Assembly (NCBI GenBank): GCA_017554325.1
Contig: JAFZIP010000010.1
Coordinates: 5,760 to 69,759 of the forward strand
Origin: Bacteroidales bacterium
GTDB taxonomy: Bacteria; Bacteroidota; Bacteroidia; Bacteroidales; WCHB1-69
Length of the DNA: 64,000 nucleotides
Direction of reading: 5' to 3'
In this document: one piece after another, positions 1 to 8,291 of the stretch
Numbering within the stretch: the stretch's first letter is position 1
Layout of the letters: each line of letters begins with the position of its first letter
Position numbers and translations under genes: made by a program
Notes under the pieces: generated by a model
What the model saw: the letters and a program-made list of their open reading frames with translations, nothing else
Told to the model about the DNA's origin: nothing
Databases searched by the model: none

Positions 1-1453
1 GTGCTCCGGCTGGCAGTGTCACCGTATAGGAGTAGCACTCGTCAGTGGGCGTCACGGCCACGGGATGGGTGCGGTTGGGAGAGATGGAGGCCGCGCGCAG
101 GCTGCAGCCGTAGGGGCAGTCCGAGATGCGCACCTGGCCATAGCCGTTGCTGAGTTTCTCCGCCTTCGCAGACACGGCCGTGCCAAAAGTCAGGTACGTG
201 CGTGCCCGCGGCGAGTTGACCTCCGAAGAACGCACCGTGCAATCGGTCTTGTACCCATCGCCATCAGCAGAAACCGCGAAATCGGCTTCCATCACGATCT
301 TGATGGGCTGCGCATTCCAATCGGCCACCTCGTCGGTAAAGGCGATGAACTTGTCGCCTGACTTGCGGGCATCGAAGGCCACTTTTCCGGCATCCACCGC
401 CGACACATAGCAGGGCTTGCCATTCACCATCACTCTGACGGCACTCTCAGGATCTGTAAGCAGACTGTTGTTGCACACGCCGATGACCGCCCGGAAGCCA
501 GCCTCTTGCAACATGGCTTGCAGCAGCAGGTTTTTCTCGAAGCTATTGCCACAATTGGTATTCCATACCGTGGCCGGCGAGGCCACCAGATAGTTCATGT
601 AGCGCAGCGGCACCTTGTTCTCACGGATGTTGGTGCGCACGTAGTCGCGGATGGCCAGCACTTGCTCCATGGCCGGTTTGGATGCATCCACCAACTCGCT
701 GACCGCCGGAGCGAACGGCTTCTCGCGGCTCACCAGGGCATTCTGCATAGACATGCGCATCAAGAACTCGCTAGGACTACTAAGGGTAGTGAATTGAATA
801 TACGGAAGATAATTCTCCGGAAGATAGGATTCGGAGGTATTAGGGATAAGATTGTAGAACACCCACGATTTTCCTGATCCTCCATCAATCTCGGATTCCT
901 CTTTCTGTCCGCCTCTGGCATTCAAAATGGTATAAAGATGCCTTCCCTCCGGGATAGCAACTGTCACTTTATATTGTTCAATCGGTTCATTCTCATATAA
1001 ATTCACCCGCTCCATCAACTCTTTCATAAACGGCTGCTCGGTATGGATGGTATAGTCAAGCACAATCGTGGCCTCATATTCCAGCGCCGTGTGCGTCACC
1101 ACCATTTCGCGGATTCCGTTGAATCGCTGGCAGTTTTCACAGGCGTAAGGCAGACTGGGATTGAACGCATTGGCAGGTGTCTGCACCTTGCAGCCATCTT
1201 TGCGGATAGTATAGGCCTCATTGATGGTAAGCGTCTGATATTCCGGATTGTACCAGATAAAAGTTTCGCCGTATGTATCAAAAGCCGACTTCGAGAAGAG
1301 CTGCAACTCTTTCCGGAAATGATAATCCATACTCCCGTCCGCGTTCAGCGTATAGGATTTGGAAATCAGATGATAAGTGGCATCGTACTTGGGACCGGCG
1401 AGGGCAGCCATGCCGATGACGAGGAGATACGTGAGGAATGTAATTCTTTTCAT
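1..1453 (-). CDS. DUF3857/transglutaminase-like domain protein (secreted); the C-terminal part runs off the window. Paralog of the next gene.
   Basis: My own translation of the minus strand from the ATG (complement of 1451-1453) gives MKRITFLTYLLVIGMAALAGPKYDATYHLISKSYTLNADGSMDYHFRKELQLFS... It stays open to the window edge. It is absent from the supplied ORF track because it has no stop codon in the window. It has a signal-peptide-like N-terminus. The motif NTNCGNSFEKNLLLQAMLQEAGFRA parallels CGVCKDKAGMLIAMLRAAGFKA in the neighbouring gene. Confidence 0.6.
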   Translation of the reverse strand, partial: MKRITFLTYLLVIGMAALAGPKYDATYHLISKSYTLNADGSMDYHFRKELQLFSKSAFDTYGETFIWYNPEYQTLTINEAYTIRKDGCKVQTPANAFNPSLPYACENCQRFNGIREMVVTHTALEYEATIVLDYTIHTEQPFMKELMERVNLYENEPIEQYKVTVAIPEGRHLYTILNARGGQKEESEIDGGSGKSWVFYNLIPNTSESYLPENYLPYIQFTTLSSPSEFLMRMSMQNALVSREKPFAPAVSELVDASKPAMEQVLAIRDYVRTNIRENKVPLRYMNYLVASPATVWNTNCGNSFEKNLLLQAMLQEAGFRAVIGVCNNSLLTDPESAVRVMVNGKPCYVSAVDAGKVAFDARKSGDKFIAFTDEVADWNAQPIKIVMEADFAVSADGDGYKTDCTVRSSEVNSPRARTYLTFGTAVSAKAEKLSNGYGQVRISDCPYGCSLRAASISPNRTHPVAVTPTDECYSYTVTLPAGA

Positions 1454-1604
1454 ACTTTGGGTAAATGGGGTGAATGAGGGGAATGGGGTGAATGAGGGGA
1501 ATGGGGAATTATTAATTGAGAATTGGTATTTGAACTATGAGCTATGAACCATGAACTATGAACTTTGGATTTCGATAATCGCTTAATCGATAATCGATAA
1601 TCGA
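1454..1604. repeat. Composite micro-repeat spacer: (GGGGTGAATGAGGGGAAT)x2, GAACTATGA-type repeats, and CGATAAT repeats.
   Basis: Read directly from the sequence. There is no C between 1456 and 1534. Five G4 runs lie at 1467-1506, separated by 3-7 nt. The CGATAATCGATAATCGAT repeat runs into the stop codon of the next gene. Confidence 0.8.
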
Positions 1605-3554
1605 TTATCGCATAAGAATTACGGGTGTGTCCATGAAGAATTGTTGGTTTTGGACAGCTTGGCGGAAGGCGGGCCAATCGGCGGCCTCATACACGCGCTT
1701 GCCGAGGCGAATGTTTTCCTTGAATTCAATTTTGGAGTTTTCAAGTTTGTAGTTGCCTTGGAAAGACACCACTTCGCCCTGCAAGTTCCGGTCGTTGGGC
1801 ACTTGGGCAGAGGTGTAGCCCGTGGGCACGGTCATGGTCTCCGAAATCTGCACCAGCCGTGAACATCTGTCCTTGAAGGGATAGTCACGTTTCTCCTGCG
1901 ACACATCATAGCGCAGGTGCGGCATCGTGAACTTGTAAAAGCCCTTGGCCAGGAACGGCGTGACGACCAGTTCTTTGTCGCTCACCGTGGCATAGTTGGG
2001 AATCGCAAACTTGTATGTGATTTTTACCGGATGTTCCAGATAGGTATCCTCATCGGTGTGCTTTACCGATTTCAATTTGGCGTTAGGATAGAGACTGTAG
2101 AGCTGGTATTCGAGATTGTCTTGCCACTCCAAGCGGTTTCCGTGGAAGACGCCACGCACGGAGCGGTCGGACTGTCCTTCGGCGGTAATGGTCACCGTGC
2201 CAGTGAGCGTCCCTTTCTTATTCACTTTGGTTTTGGCCTCCATGCGGATGTAGTGGTTCTCGGCCTTGGACACGGGAGTAAGACCAAGTTTGGCACCCTG
2301 GGGCAGGCCCATGAGATAGTTCTGTTGCTGTTCTGCGCTGGACCAGAGCTCGCGCACGCCGGGCACCCAGGTGGGATCCAGCAGCTGGTAGTTGCCATTG
2401 CGCCGCTGCACCACTGTGACGCAGTGGTTGAACTGGTCGGCGGGGATATCATCGATGCGCTCGCCCGCCATGGTCATGGCCGCGTAGGCTTTGAAACCGG
2501 CGGCACGCAACATGGCGATGAGCATGCCGGCCTTGTCCTTGCACACGCCGCAGCGGTCGGTGTAGTTCATCTCGCACTTGTGCAGCGTGAAGCCCTCGCC
2601 CTCCCCCATCGAGATGCCAGAGTAGCGCATATTGTCGGCCACCCAGTGCGTCAGGATGGAGATACTGTCGTTTTCGGTCTTGGCTTTTTTCAACAATTCG
2701 TTCACTTTCTGCTTCACCTCATCGGTGGGCACGAAGCTGCCGTAGTCCTCGTTCACGCCGTAAAACCAAGTGGATTTGGCTTCCCAGTTTTGTGCAGTAG
2801 AAAGCAGCAATTTGGTCTGGATATCGTTGTTGGCCAATGTATTGGCAGGTACGCTGATGGGAAAATAGTTTTTCTGAGTGAAGGTATAGATAGTGCGATT
2901 GGCATCCTCACGGGTATCCACTTTCAGGGTGCCGTGATAAACAGCGTAGCGCAGGTTCTTGGCGGTAAGCACGCTCACGCGGTACACCTTCTCCATCACG
3001 GGCTGGTCGCTCCAAAAGGGCACAATGTCGTAGAAGTGGCCGCGCATCGGCGGGATGTACTTCGCATCGGGGTCGTCGCCTTGGAGCAAGGCATAGGTGA
3101 AGCCTTTTTTGTAGGTGGTCACCTCCACGGCATCGCCGGGATCAAGGCGGCCGATGGCTACCATCTTCTGGCGCGCGCCCCAGTAGATCATGTAGGCCGG
3201 TGCGGGATAGTCGAGCACCGGAGCATCGAGCGTGTCCACATCGCCATTTTTGCGATACACGACCACCGAGCGGATCTCGACGTATGCGGAAAGCGGGTCA
3301 TAGTCCATCTTCACGGTGTTGAAGTCGCGCCCGCCGGCCAGCGTAAGAATCTTGTAGAGTTTATGGCCATACACATGGCTGAGGCCGCTCTCCTCCATCA
3401 GCACATCAGTGCTGTCGAAAACGGTCACGATGTCGTAGTTGTTGAACTGCGCATCCTTCACGGCGGCGAGTCTCTCTTGGGAAGTCTGGGCGCTCGCCGC
3501 GCCGAAGAGCAGGAGGAAGGCGAAAAACGATAGTGTAAGGGGTTTGAAGTTCAT
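1605..3554 (-). CDS. DUF3857 + transglutaminase-like core + DUF3858-type protein, secreted.
   Basis: This is the ORF 1605..3626. The internal ATG at 3554 gives MNFKPLTLSFFAFLLLFGAASAQ, a signal peptide. The motif TDRCGVCKDKAGMLIAMLRAAGF is a transglutaminase-like Cys motif. The size and layout are typical of the Bacteroidetes DUF3857/DUF3858 family. Confidence 0.7.
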   Translation of the reverse strand: MNFKPLTLSFFAFLLLFGAASAQTSQERLAAVKDAQFNNYDIVTVFDSTDVLMEESGLSHVYGHKLYKILTLAGGRDFNTVKMDYDPLSAYVEIRSVVVYRKNGDVDTLDAPVLDYPAPAYMIYWGARQKMVAIGRLDPGDAVEVTTYKKGFTYALLQGDDPDAKYIPPMRGHFYDIVPFWSDQPVMEKVYRVSVLTAKNLRYAVYHGTLKVDTREDANRTIYTFTQKNYFPISVPANTLANNDIQTKLLLSTAQNWEAKSTWFYGVNEDYGSFVPTDEVKQKVNELLKKAKTENDSISILTHWVADNMRYSGISMGEGEGFTLHKCEMNYTDRCGVCKDKAGMLIAMLRAAGFKAYAAMTMAGERIDDIPADQFNHCVTVVQRRNGNYQLLDPTWVPGVRELWSSAEQQQNYLMGLPQGAKLGLTPVSKAENHYIRMEAKTKVNKKGTLTGTVTITAEGQSDRSVRGVFHGNRLEWQDNLEYQLYSLYPNAKLKSVKHTDEDTYLEHPVKITYKFAIPNYATVSDKELVVTPFLAKGFYKFTMPHLRYDVSQEKRDYPFKDRCSRLVQISETMTVPTGYTSAQVPNDRNLQGEVVSFQGNYKLENSKIEFKENIRLGKRVYEAADWPAFRQAVQNQQFFMDTPVILMR

Positions 3555-3789
3555 ATTTAAGGTATTGTATTGGAGTTGCAAAGGTAAGAAAATTTCAATT
3601 TGGCAAGAAATGCGTGATTCACCCACGGCTTGTTTATTAAGAAACGTTTGATTATCTTATAAAATTTTCAAAATTACACATTTACATTTAATAATTAATT
3701 ATCAAATTTCCACATTAAAAATTTTCAACCAATTGATTATCAATACAAAATAAAAATTGAAAATAGCAACGACTATAGGAATAATATTG

Positions 3790-3797
3790 TATCTTTG
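3790..3797 (+). promoter_or_regulatory. Bacteroidetes sigma-A -7 box, TAtcTTTG.
   Basis: Exact TAnnTTTG match 26 nt upstream of the ATG at 3823, in an AT-rich 180-bp intergenic region. Confidence 0.55.
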
Positions 3798-3822
3798 CGA
3801 CATCAACTAAAAAGCAAAAATA

Positions 3823-4224
3823 ATGGAAAAGATTAACCCTATTGAAGAAGCACGCCGATATGTGGCCAACGCGGAAGAAATCATTAAGAAGTCCACGTAT
3901 GACCCTGAAACAAAACTTTACAAAGACAAAAAGTACATCCGCATTGCGGGGGACACCTTGTGGAAGGGCTGCCTGATCGCCCTTGATGCAGTGCTGCAAA
4001 TACGCAAAGGCAAAGGTCGCCCGTCAATCGAGAAATACAAGGAGGCAGCTGGCAAGCGTGACCGCACGTTGCTGAAATTCGTGAATGCAGGTTATGAAAC
4101 CATGCACCTTGTCATGGGATATGATGGCAGCAAAGTGAAAAAAGTCTGTGACGCCGGTTTCGAAGTCGCCAACGATATCATAGACCTCTGTGCTATACTA
4201 TACCCAAAGCAAATGTCGGCTTAA
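3823..4224 (+). CDS. Small helical hypothetical protein (DUF5618-like by recollection).
   Basis: A 133-aa ORF with a promoter box upstream and no signal peptide. The family assignment is from memory only. Confidence 0.4.
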   Translation: MEKINPIEEARRYVANAEEIIKKSTYDPETKLYKDKKYIRIAGDTLWKGCLIALDAVLQIRKGKGRPSIEKYKEAAGKRDRTLLKFVNAGYETMHLVMGYDGSKVKKVCDAGFEVANDIIDLCAILYPKQMSA

Positions 4225-4536
4225 TTATTTGAAACGAATCGCAGTGCCATAGACCAGCACCTCGGCGGCCTGTGCCACAATGGCAGATGTAGCATAACGA
4301 ACCCCGATAATGGCGTCCGCGTGCATCTCCTCCGCTTGGGCAATCATGCGGTCAGTGGCCATTTTGCGCGCCTTGTCCATCATTTGGGTGTAGGATCTAA
4401 GTTCACCACCCACAATGTTTTTCAACGACTGACCGAGATCGCTGAACACATTCTTGGATTGGATAGTACTGCCTGTTACCACGCCCAACACTTCATAGTC
4501 TATGCCGGGCAAATTCTCTACTGTGAAGATTTTCAT
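4225..4536 (-). CDS. ybjQ: YbjQ/UPF0145 family protein (putative heavy-metal-binding domain).
   Basis: 103 aa. The sequence MKIFTVENLPG..YEVLGVVTGSTIQSKNVFSDLGQSLKNIVGGELRSYTQMMDKAR...A..RM...A...GADAIIGVRY is the typical YbjQ pattern. Its stop codon directly abuts the stop of the convergent gene. Confidence 0.85.
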   Translation of the reverse strand: MKIFTVENLPGIDYEVLGVVTGSTIQSKNVFSDLGQSLKNIVGGELRSYTQMMDKARKMATDRMIAQAEEMHADAIIGVRYATSAIVAQAAEVLVYGTAIRFK

Positions 4537-4582
4537 ATTTGTGAATTTTATTGTTTGTACTTGTGAATAAATAGCCAGAAAA

Positions 4583-5182
4583 CTAGATTATATCCTTCTC
4601 ATCAATCAAATTATTCAAGATTGCATACACCGTGAGGGCGGCGACAGACTTGATGCCCGTTTTCTTCACGATGTTCTTGCGGTGCGTGATGACCGTGTGC
4701 ACCGAAATGCTGAGTTCGTCGGCAATCTCGCTGTTTTTCTTGCCCTTGGCCATGCACACCAGAACCTCTTTCTCGCGGTCGGAAAGCTGGGCAGAGTCGG
4801 CGTCTTCCTCGCCACCACCCCCTTGCTCCAGCACCAAATTCAGCGTGGACTTGATACGGTGAGCGTCATCGGTAATCTCAATCACGCCGTGGTACTGCTT
4901 CAGCTGCTGGGCATCGAAAAACGCCGAAGCGAGGGCCACAATCTTCATGTTGGGCAGGTCCTCGAACAGATGGCGTACCATCATCCGTTTGGAGTAGTCC
5001 ATCATCACCGGATTGACAATCAGCACATCGGGGCTCACCACGTGCAGGCGCGCCGCGAGGGTCTGCACATCGTTGGTTTTCAACACCACATCATAATCCG
5101 CCAACTCCTTGATGATGACGGACATGCCCGTGAGTATGATGGGTGACGGGTCGGCTATTGCAATTCTATAGTTTTTCATCAT
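4583..5182 (-). CDS. LuxR/GerE-type transcriptional regulator with an atypical (pseudo-)receiver domain.
   Basis: The C-terminal LSDREKEVLVCMAKGKKNSEIADELSISVHTVITHRKNIVKKTGIKS is a LuxR HTH. The N-terminus has a CheY-like layout, but the expected phospho-acceptor position reads DVLIVNPVMMD (Asn instead of Asp). Confidence 0.75.
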   Translation of the reverse strand: MMKNYRIAIADPSPIILTGMSVIIKELADYDVVLKTNDVQTLAARLHVVSPDVLIVNPVMMDYSKRMMVRHLFEDLPNMKIVALASAFFDAQQLKQYHGVIEITDDAHRIKSTLNLVLEQGGGGEEDADSAQLSDREKEVLVCMAKGKKNSEIADELSISVHTVITHRKNIVKKTGIKSVAALTVYAILNNLIDEKDII

Positions 5183-5879
5183 CCATCAAGATTTTAATGT
5201 ACGGTAACAGTATCTTCTCCTCGATAATGGCATGTTTTTCAATGTCATCCGAAAGGGAAAAAATATTATTCAGCATGTTGATGCGCTCGCGCTGCGACAC
5301 ATCCTCGGGTACATACTTGACCAGCAGACTGGTGAAATCGCGCAGCTTGTCTTCGATGTTGCTGTGCTGCTTTTCAAATTGCCACACCTTGGAAGCATCT
5401 TTCGAAGTGGCCGTGTGTTTGAGCAGATTCTGCACGAAGGGAAACACATGCTTCTCCTCATATTTGAAATGGTGATCCACCTCTTTTTTGTATTCCTCAA
5501 AGAACATGGTGATGGAAGTCCTGTATTTCACGTTCCAGTCCTGCACCACGCCGCGCAAGTGGTTTTCAATGTGAGGAAACGAATACTCCAAATAGTCTTT
5601 ATGGGAAGCCTTCAGGTAATCGACAATCTCCTCGATAGGGCATTGCCTGAGGTCATCTACATCGGGCACGAAGTCGGGGCGCACATAGACATTGAACACG
5701 AGCAGCAGCAGCGGGAGCGACACATGGTTCTCCTCACACACCTGCCCCACGGTCTTCTCGCCGAATCCCAACGGAACGCCGAGTCGCGGCAGCAGGTTGA
5801 TGAGGTGGTTATGATGCGACAGCACATCGGCCATCTTGGCGTTGGCGGTCACGAAGGAGAAAGAGGGAGAGGATTGCAT
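5166..5879 (-). CDS. Hemerythrin (HHE cation-binding) domain protein, ScdA/YtfE-like.
   Basis: 237 aa. It has an N-terminal KMADVL..N..LI.LLPRLGV.LGFGEKTV..VC segment and repeated H..E / H...E helices (HFKYEEKHVFPF, EKHAIIEEKILLPYI). It overlaps the downstream regulator gene by 17 nt. Confidence 0.65.
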   Translation of the reverse strand: MQSSPSFSFVTANAKMADVLSHHNHLINLLPRLGVPLGFGEKTVGQVCEENHVSLPLLLLVFNVYVRPDFVPDVDDLRQCPIEEIVDYLKASHKDYLEYSFPHIENHLRGVVQDWNVKYRTSITMFFEEYKKEVDHHFKYEEKHVFPFVQNLLKHTATSKDASKVWQFEKQHSNIEDKLRDFTSLLVKYVPEDVSQRERINMLNNIFSLSDDIEKHAIIEEKILLPYIKILMDDEKL

Positions 5880-5890
5880 AAAAGGGTGAA

Positions 5891-5922
5891 GGGGGTTAAA
5901 GGGGTTAATGGGGTGAATGGGG
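5891..5922 (+). repeat. G-quadruplex-type motif G5-N5-G4-N5-G4-N5-G4, inside a C-free spacer.
   Basis: The sequence is gggggttaaaggggttaatggggtgaatgggg. There is no C from 5878 to 5931. It sits in the divergent intergenic region between the hemerythrin gene and dsbD. Confidence 0.75.
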
Positions 5923-6138
5923 TGAATAATTCCCCTTCTAAAATAGAATGGGTGGCCGTAGGCCAGGGTAGTAATATGAAGAGGGTTAAAGAGGTAAAGG
6001 TGTTAAAAGAGGAATAGTTCGTCAAAAATTTTAAAGTTTTGCAGGTGCAAAAATACTTAAAAAATACATTTGCAACACGAATCGGAACTTGATGTTTTGA
6101 ATTATTTTCATACCTTGTCAACATCCCCTATTTTTTTA

Positions 6139-6146
6139 TATTTTTG
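6139..6146 (+). promoter_or_regulatory. -7 box, TAttTTTG.
   Basis: Exact TAnnTTTG match 44 nt upstream of the dsbD ATG at 6190. Confidence 0.5.
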
Positions 6147-6189
6147 CACTTTAATTTATAAGCATTTTTCATCACTAATCATAATCAAA

Positions 6190-8250
6190 ATGAAAAGCAC
6201 CCGAAACCTCATTCTTTCGTTTTTTCTGTTAATCGTTTGCACCTGCCTCAACGCCCAGGAGTCGCCTGTAAAATGGACCTTCAAGAGCGTCAAGATCAAC
6301 GATTCCGTGGCGGAATTGCAATTCAAGGCGGACATCAAGAAAGACTGGCACCTGTATGCCCAGTCGCACAACAACGGCGTAGAGTTGCCGTTAGTCTTCT
6401 CTTTCGACAAGAACGAGCACTACAAACGTATCGGCAAGGTCAGCGAGCCCAAGCCGACGGAGGAGAATGATGAAATTTTCGGATTGTCCAAGTATTTTAC
6501 CAACAGTGTGACTTTCAAGCAACGTGTGCAAGTGCTGGACAACCAGCCTTTCACCATCAAAGGCAAAGTGGAAGGACAAGCCTGCATTGAGGGCCGGTGC
6601 ACGCAAGCCGACAGCAAGTTTGCGTTCGACATCAAGGGGTTTGACAAGGTGGCCATGAGCGATGACAATGACCTTGACAATGACGATGAACAAAATGATG
6701 ATACCCTAACGGGAAGTAGTGCCGCCAAGGCACAGATCACTCCTGCGAAGGACACACTCGCAGAGAACAATGCCGAGAAAGAGGAATCTTTGTGGAAATA
6801 CTTCCTCGGTGCCGTATTGGGCGGATTGGTGGGCTTGTTGATGCCTTGCGTGTTCCCGATGATTCCAATGACAGTTTCCTTCTTCTCTAAGGAGGGCCAC
6901 AAGGGCAAACGCGATGCACTGCTCTACGGTTTGTTCATCGTCTTGATATTCCTCGTCTTCGGACTCGTCTTATCGGCCATCTTCGGCGCCGACCTGGGCA
7001 ATATCATGAGCACGCACTGGATTCCGAACCTGCTGTTTGCGGTCATTTTCCTGATATTCGCATTCTCCCTGTTGGGCTATTTTGAAATCACGCTGCCCAG
7101 CTCGTGGGTCAACGGCTCCGCCAAGCGCCAGCGCCAGGGCGGCATCGCCGGCATCTTCTTCATGGCTTTGACCTTGGTATTGGTCTCCTTCTCGTGCACA
7201 CTGCCCATCGCAGGTGCGGTGGCCCTGAACGCCGCTGGCGGCTCGTTCCTGAAACCCATCATCGGTATGCTGGGATTCTCGCTGGGCATTGCCGTACCGT
7301 TCACCATCTTCGCCCTCTTCCCGGGTCTCTTGAAGAAACTGCCCAAGTCGGGCGGTTGGATGAACACCTTGAAGGTGATCCTCGCTTTCGTGGAGTTGGC
7401 CTTCGCGCTGAAATTCATCAACGTGCCCGACCAAACGTACCACTGGGGCATCCTCGACCGCGAGGTGTATCTCGCCTTCTGGATCGTGCTGTTCTCCCTG
7501 CTGGGTCTGTACCTGTTGGGCAAAATCCGCTTCCCGCTCGATGATGAATATCCCGTGCAGAAGAGTTGGTTCCGCTTCACGCTCGCCGTGTTCGTCTTCA
7601 CTTTCGTCGTCTATATGATTCCGGGCATGTTCGGTGCGCCGCTGAAAGCCATCTCGGGTTGGCTGCCGCCGATGACCACCCAGGACTTCGACGTCTCTGC
7701 CATCGTGCGCAACGAGAGCGGAAACGGTGGTGGCAATGCCAGCACCTACCAGTGGACCGAGGAGCCGATGTACGCCGACAAACTGGAAATTCCGTTCGGC
7801 ATCAAGGGCTACTTCGACTATGACCAAGCGCTGCGCGTGGCCAAGAAAGAGGGCAAGCCTGTATTTTTGGATTTCACGGGCCACGGCTGCACCAACTGCC
7901 GCAACGTGGAAAACGCCGTCTGGATCGACCCGGAGGTGCGCCGCATCTTCGCCGAGGAGGTCATCGTGTGCACCATGTACGCCGATGACAAGGTCATCCC
8001 GCTGCCGGATGAGGAGAAAGGCAAGCTCAAAGACGCCGACGGCGACCCCATCACCATGCTGGGAGGCAAAAACCGCTATATCGAGCAGACTATCTATCAC
8101 GAAAACTCCCAGCCGTGCTACTTCATCGTGGATCCCGACGGCAACATCCTGTCCGGTCCCACCTACTACGAGCGCGACAAAGACAACTACATCAAGTTCT
8201 TGCGCGAAGGAATTGACAAATTTAATTCAGAATTGAGAATTGAGAATTGA
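6190..8250 (+). CDS. dsbD: Thiol:disulfide interchange protein DsbD (N-terminal DsbD-alpha-like domain, cytochrome c biogenesis TM core, C-terminal thioredoxin domain).
   Basis: The internal ATG at 6190 gives the signal peptide MKSTRNLILSFFLLIVCTCLNAQ. The protein has a multi-pass TM core containing LLMPCVFPMIP and a C-terminal FTGHGCTNCRN CxxC thioredoxin motif. Confidence 0.85.
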   Translation: MKSTRNLILSFFLLIVCTCLNAQESPVKWTFKSVKINDSVAELQFKADIKKDWHLYAQSHNNGVELPLVFSFDKNEHYKRIGKVSEPKPTEENDEIFGLSKYFTNSVTFKQRVQVLDNQPFTIKGKVEGQACIEGRCTQADSKFAFDIKGFDKVAMSDDNDLDNDDEQNDDTLTGSSAAKAQITPAKDTLAENNAEKEESLWKYFLGAVLGGLVGLLMPCVFPMIPMTVSFFSKEGHKGKRDALLYGLFIVLIFLVFGLVLSAIFGADLGNIMSTHWIPNLLFAVIFLIFAFSLLGYFEITLPSSWVNGSAKRQRQGGIAGIFFMALTLVLVSFSCTLPIAGAVALNAAGGSFLKPIIGMLGFSLGIAVPFTIFALFPGLLKKLPKSGGWMNTLKVILAFVELAFALKFINVPDQTYHWGILDREVYLAFWIVLFSLLGLYLLGKIRFPLDDEYPVQKSWFRFTLAVFVFTFVVYMIPGMFGAPLKAISGWLPPMTTQDFDVSAIVRNESGNGGGNASTYQWTEEPMYADKLEIPFGIKGYFDYDQALRVAKKEGKPVFLDFTGHGCTNCRNVENAVWIDPEVRRIFAEEVIVCTMYADDKVIPLPDEEKGKLKDADGDPITMLGGKNRYIEQTIYHENSQPCYFIVDPDGNILSGPTYYERDKDNYIKFLREGIDKFNSELRIEN

Positions 8251-8291
8251 AAATTATAATACTGAACCCTGTTCACTGATCACTACTCACT

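Noticed and set aside
1917-3533. Long antisense ORFs opposite real genes. Examples: 1917-3533 +, 6970-8100 -, 19108-20643 -, 21676-22740 -, 28294-29292 +, 37688-38776 +, 42510-43472 +, 44443-45288 +, 54637-55233 +, 58137-58679 -.
   Set aside because: They are shadow ORFs of GC-rich coding regions. Their products are Arg/Gly/His/Val-rich low-complexity sequence with no recognisable motifs. The opposite-strand genes have clear family signatures, signal peptides and promoter boxes.
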